Virus record (IMG/VR): IMGVR_UViG_3300032237_001118
Span: 1 to 58,394 of that record
From: a virus
Taxonomy: Duplodnaviria; Caudoviricetes
DNA: 58,394 nucleotides
Strand: one strand, 5' to 3'
A program made the translations under genes and the position numbers. Below are positions 57,104-58,394 of the stretch, one piece after another. Positions within the stretch are counted from its first letter, which is position 1; the number at the start of each line of letters is the position of its first letter. The notes under the pieces were generated by a model that searched no databases, was not told where the DNA came from, and saw nothing but the letters and a program-made list of their open reading frames with translations.

Positions 57104-58393
57104 TTAAGCGCAAGATGTACCATCTATTGCAGTTATGTATACACTATCATTACTATTAATCTGTGCAAAATTTACTGTGAAGGTATCACTACCATTTCCT
57201 GTTATATTTGTACAAGATGTAAATGTATCACTATCAGTTACGGTAAGTGTTTGACCAGCTATCGATGAACCATAATATACCACTATGGTTCTTGTACCAG
57301 TTAATGTAGTTTGGAATGTTCCATAACCACCACTACCATTCACAGGGAAGTTGTCTCCACTGACATAGGTCACACTTACTCCATCTACAGTAACATCGTT
57401 TATATCAACATCTAATGAATAAATTGAGTTAACCACAAAATAGACTCCACCAAGTGGAGTAGTTGGTGTTGGAGTGTTAGTTGGTTCTGGTGTTGGTGTT
57501 TGTGAAACTAAAGTACTACAATCAACATAATCTAAAACTTCTCCATTTGTATAAACTTGAGCTGCCCATGTTGTACCTCCTTTTTCCAAAAGGAACCATT
57601 GACCACTGGAACCACCATTATGTGGTACTGATAAATTAGCATTATCATAGAAAATCATTCCTACCATAGGTGTTGTATATCCTGGAGGAGCATAAATAAC
57701 AACAGTTGTATCTAAACCTGCACAAGCATCATAAGTACTGCCGTAACCAAATGATGATATATTATATTGAATAGCCAATTGTGTTGGTGTTGGTGTTTGA
57801 GTTGGAGTTGCGGTTAAAGTAGTGGTACTTGTTGGAGAATTAGTTGGTGTTTGAGTTGGAGTTGCGGTTAAAGTAGTAGTACTTGTTGGAGTTCGTGTTT
57901 GAGTTGGTGATGCGGTTAATGTAGTAGTGGTTGTTGGAGTTTGTGTTCGTGTTTGAGTTGGTGTCTGTGAAGGTAAAGTACCACATAGGTAAACAGTTTG
58001 AAGTACTCCGTTCGCATTTGGAAGAACGGCATATGATGTTCCATTATAGTCTAACAAATACCACCCACTACTTGCGGGTGTCCAAGTGTTTGTTAATCCT
58101 GGGTTAGTATACATTTGAGCACTTACGGCAGGACTTATTCCACCACCAGCTCCTGGCGTTTGATATAAGAAGTCTATACCACTAACTGAACCTAAACAAG
58201 TAAAATACTCATTAGCATAATCACTTGAAGACCTTGAAAACATTGTGGCTGGTGTTGTTGGTGTCGGTGTTGCTGTTAATGTAGTAGTGGTTGTTGGAGT
58301 TTGTGTTCTTGTTTGAGTAGGAGTTGTTGTTACTGCGGCAGTTCCTGTTTGAGTGTTAGTAGGAGTTTGAGTAGGAGTAGCTGTTAATGTAGT
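57104..58393 (-). CDS. Thr/Pro-rich modular protein (5' truncated by window)
   Basis: Frame open to the window end; shares domains and linker DNA with 51094-53574. Confidence 0.72.
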   Translation of the reverse strand, partial: TTLTATPTQTPTNTQTGTAAVTTTPTQTRTQTPTTTTTLTATPTPTTPATMFSRSSSDYANEYFTCLGSVSGIDFLYQTPGAGGGISPAVSAQMYTNPGLTNTWTPASSGWYLLDYNGTSYAVLPNANGVLQTVYLCGTLPSQTPTQTRTQTPTTTTTLTASPTQTRTPTSTTTLTATPTQTPTNSPTSTTTLTATPTQTPTPTQLAIQYNISSFGYGSTYDACAGLDTTVVIYAPPGYTTPMVGMIFYDNANLSVPHNGGSSGQWFLLEKGGTTWAAQVYTNGEVLDYVDCSTLVSQTPTPEPTNTPTPTTPLGGVYFVVNSIYSLDVDINDVTVDGVSVTYVSGDNFPVNGSGGYGTFQTTLTGTRTIVVYYGSSIAGQTLTVTDSDTFTSCTNITGNGSDTFTVNFAQINSNDSVYITAIDGTSCA

Positions 58394-58394
58394 A

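Noticed and set aside
52412-58354. Diversity-generating retroelement TR/VR pair
   Set aside because: Differences are synonymous and lie in a low-complexity linker, and there is no reverse transcriptase in the window.
1-58394. Alternative genetic code (TAG/TGA reassignment) as in some large phages
   Set aside because: Long genes are intact in code 11, TAG and TGA end genes at sensible boundaries (e.g. 11648, 13235, 47089), and no suppressor anticodon was seen.

Overview
AT-rich, gene-dense segment that reads as part of a very large (jumbo/huge) tailed phage genome, probably infecting a Bacteroidota host. The host call rests on TTTG-N19/20-TAnnTTTG promoters, the absence of Shine-Dalgarno sequences and Bacteroidota-like IscU/IscA; it is inferred, and no capsid, terminase or polymerase gene lies in the window. 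Both ends carry giant putative fibre/adhesin genes: a Gly/Cys beta-helix-type repeat protein on the left and Thr/Pro mucin-like modular proteins on the right. The left fibre is followed by a surface-modification cassette (glycosyltransferase, sulfotransferase, GNAT-like, sterol desaturase-like, FkbM). Other recognisable genes are a cyclophilin, an iscU-ferredoxin-iscA cassette, a secreted non-specific nuclease, a GH19 endolysin, a metallophosphoesterase with a cyclic-phosphate receiver-like protein, a flavodoxin-like protein, an HNH endonuclease and tRNA-Ser(TGA). About 17 otherwise unrelated ORFs share an N-terminal (I/L)xE leader, and most sit behind a TATTTAT motif. The strongest unexplained signals are: (1) two non-canonical tRNA-like RNAs at separate loci (27044-27133 +, 45758-45926 -), both with an extra hairpin inserted in the D-loop and one also with a ~76-nt branched variable arm, each embedded among other unannotated structured RNAs; and (2) an ~11-gene operon of exported/membrane proteins (35114-42341) with CsgG-like, cohesin/dockerin-like and stalked beta-barrel members. 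All family calls come from motif recognition by eye; no database search or folding program was run.
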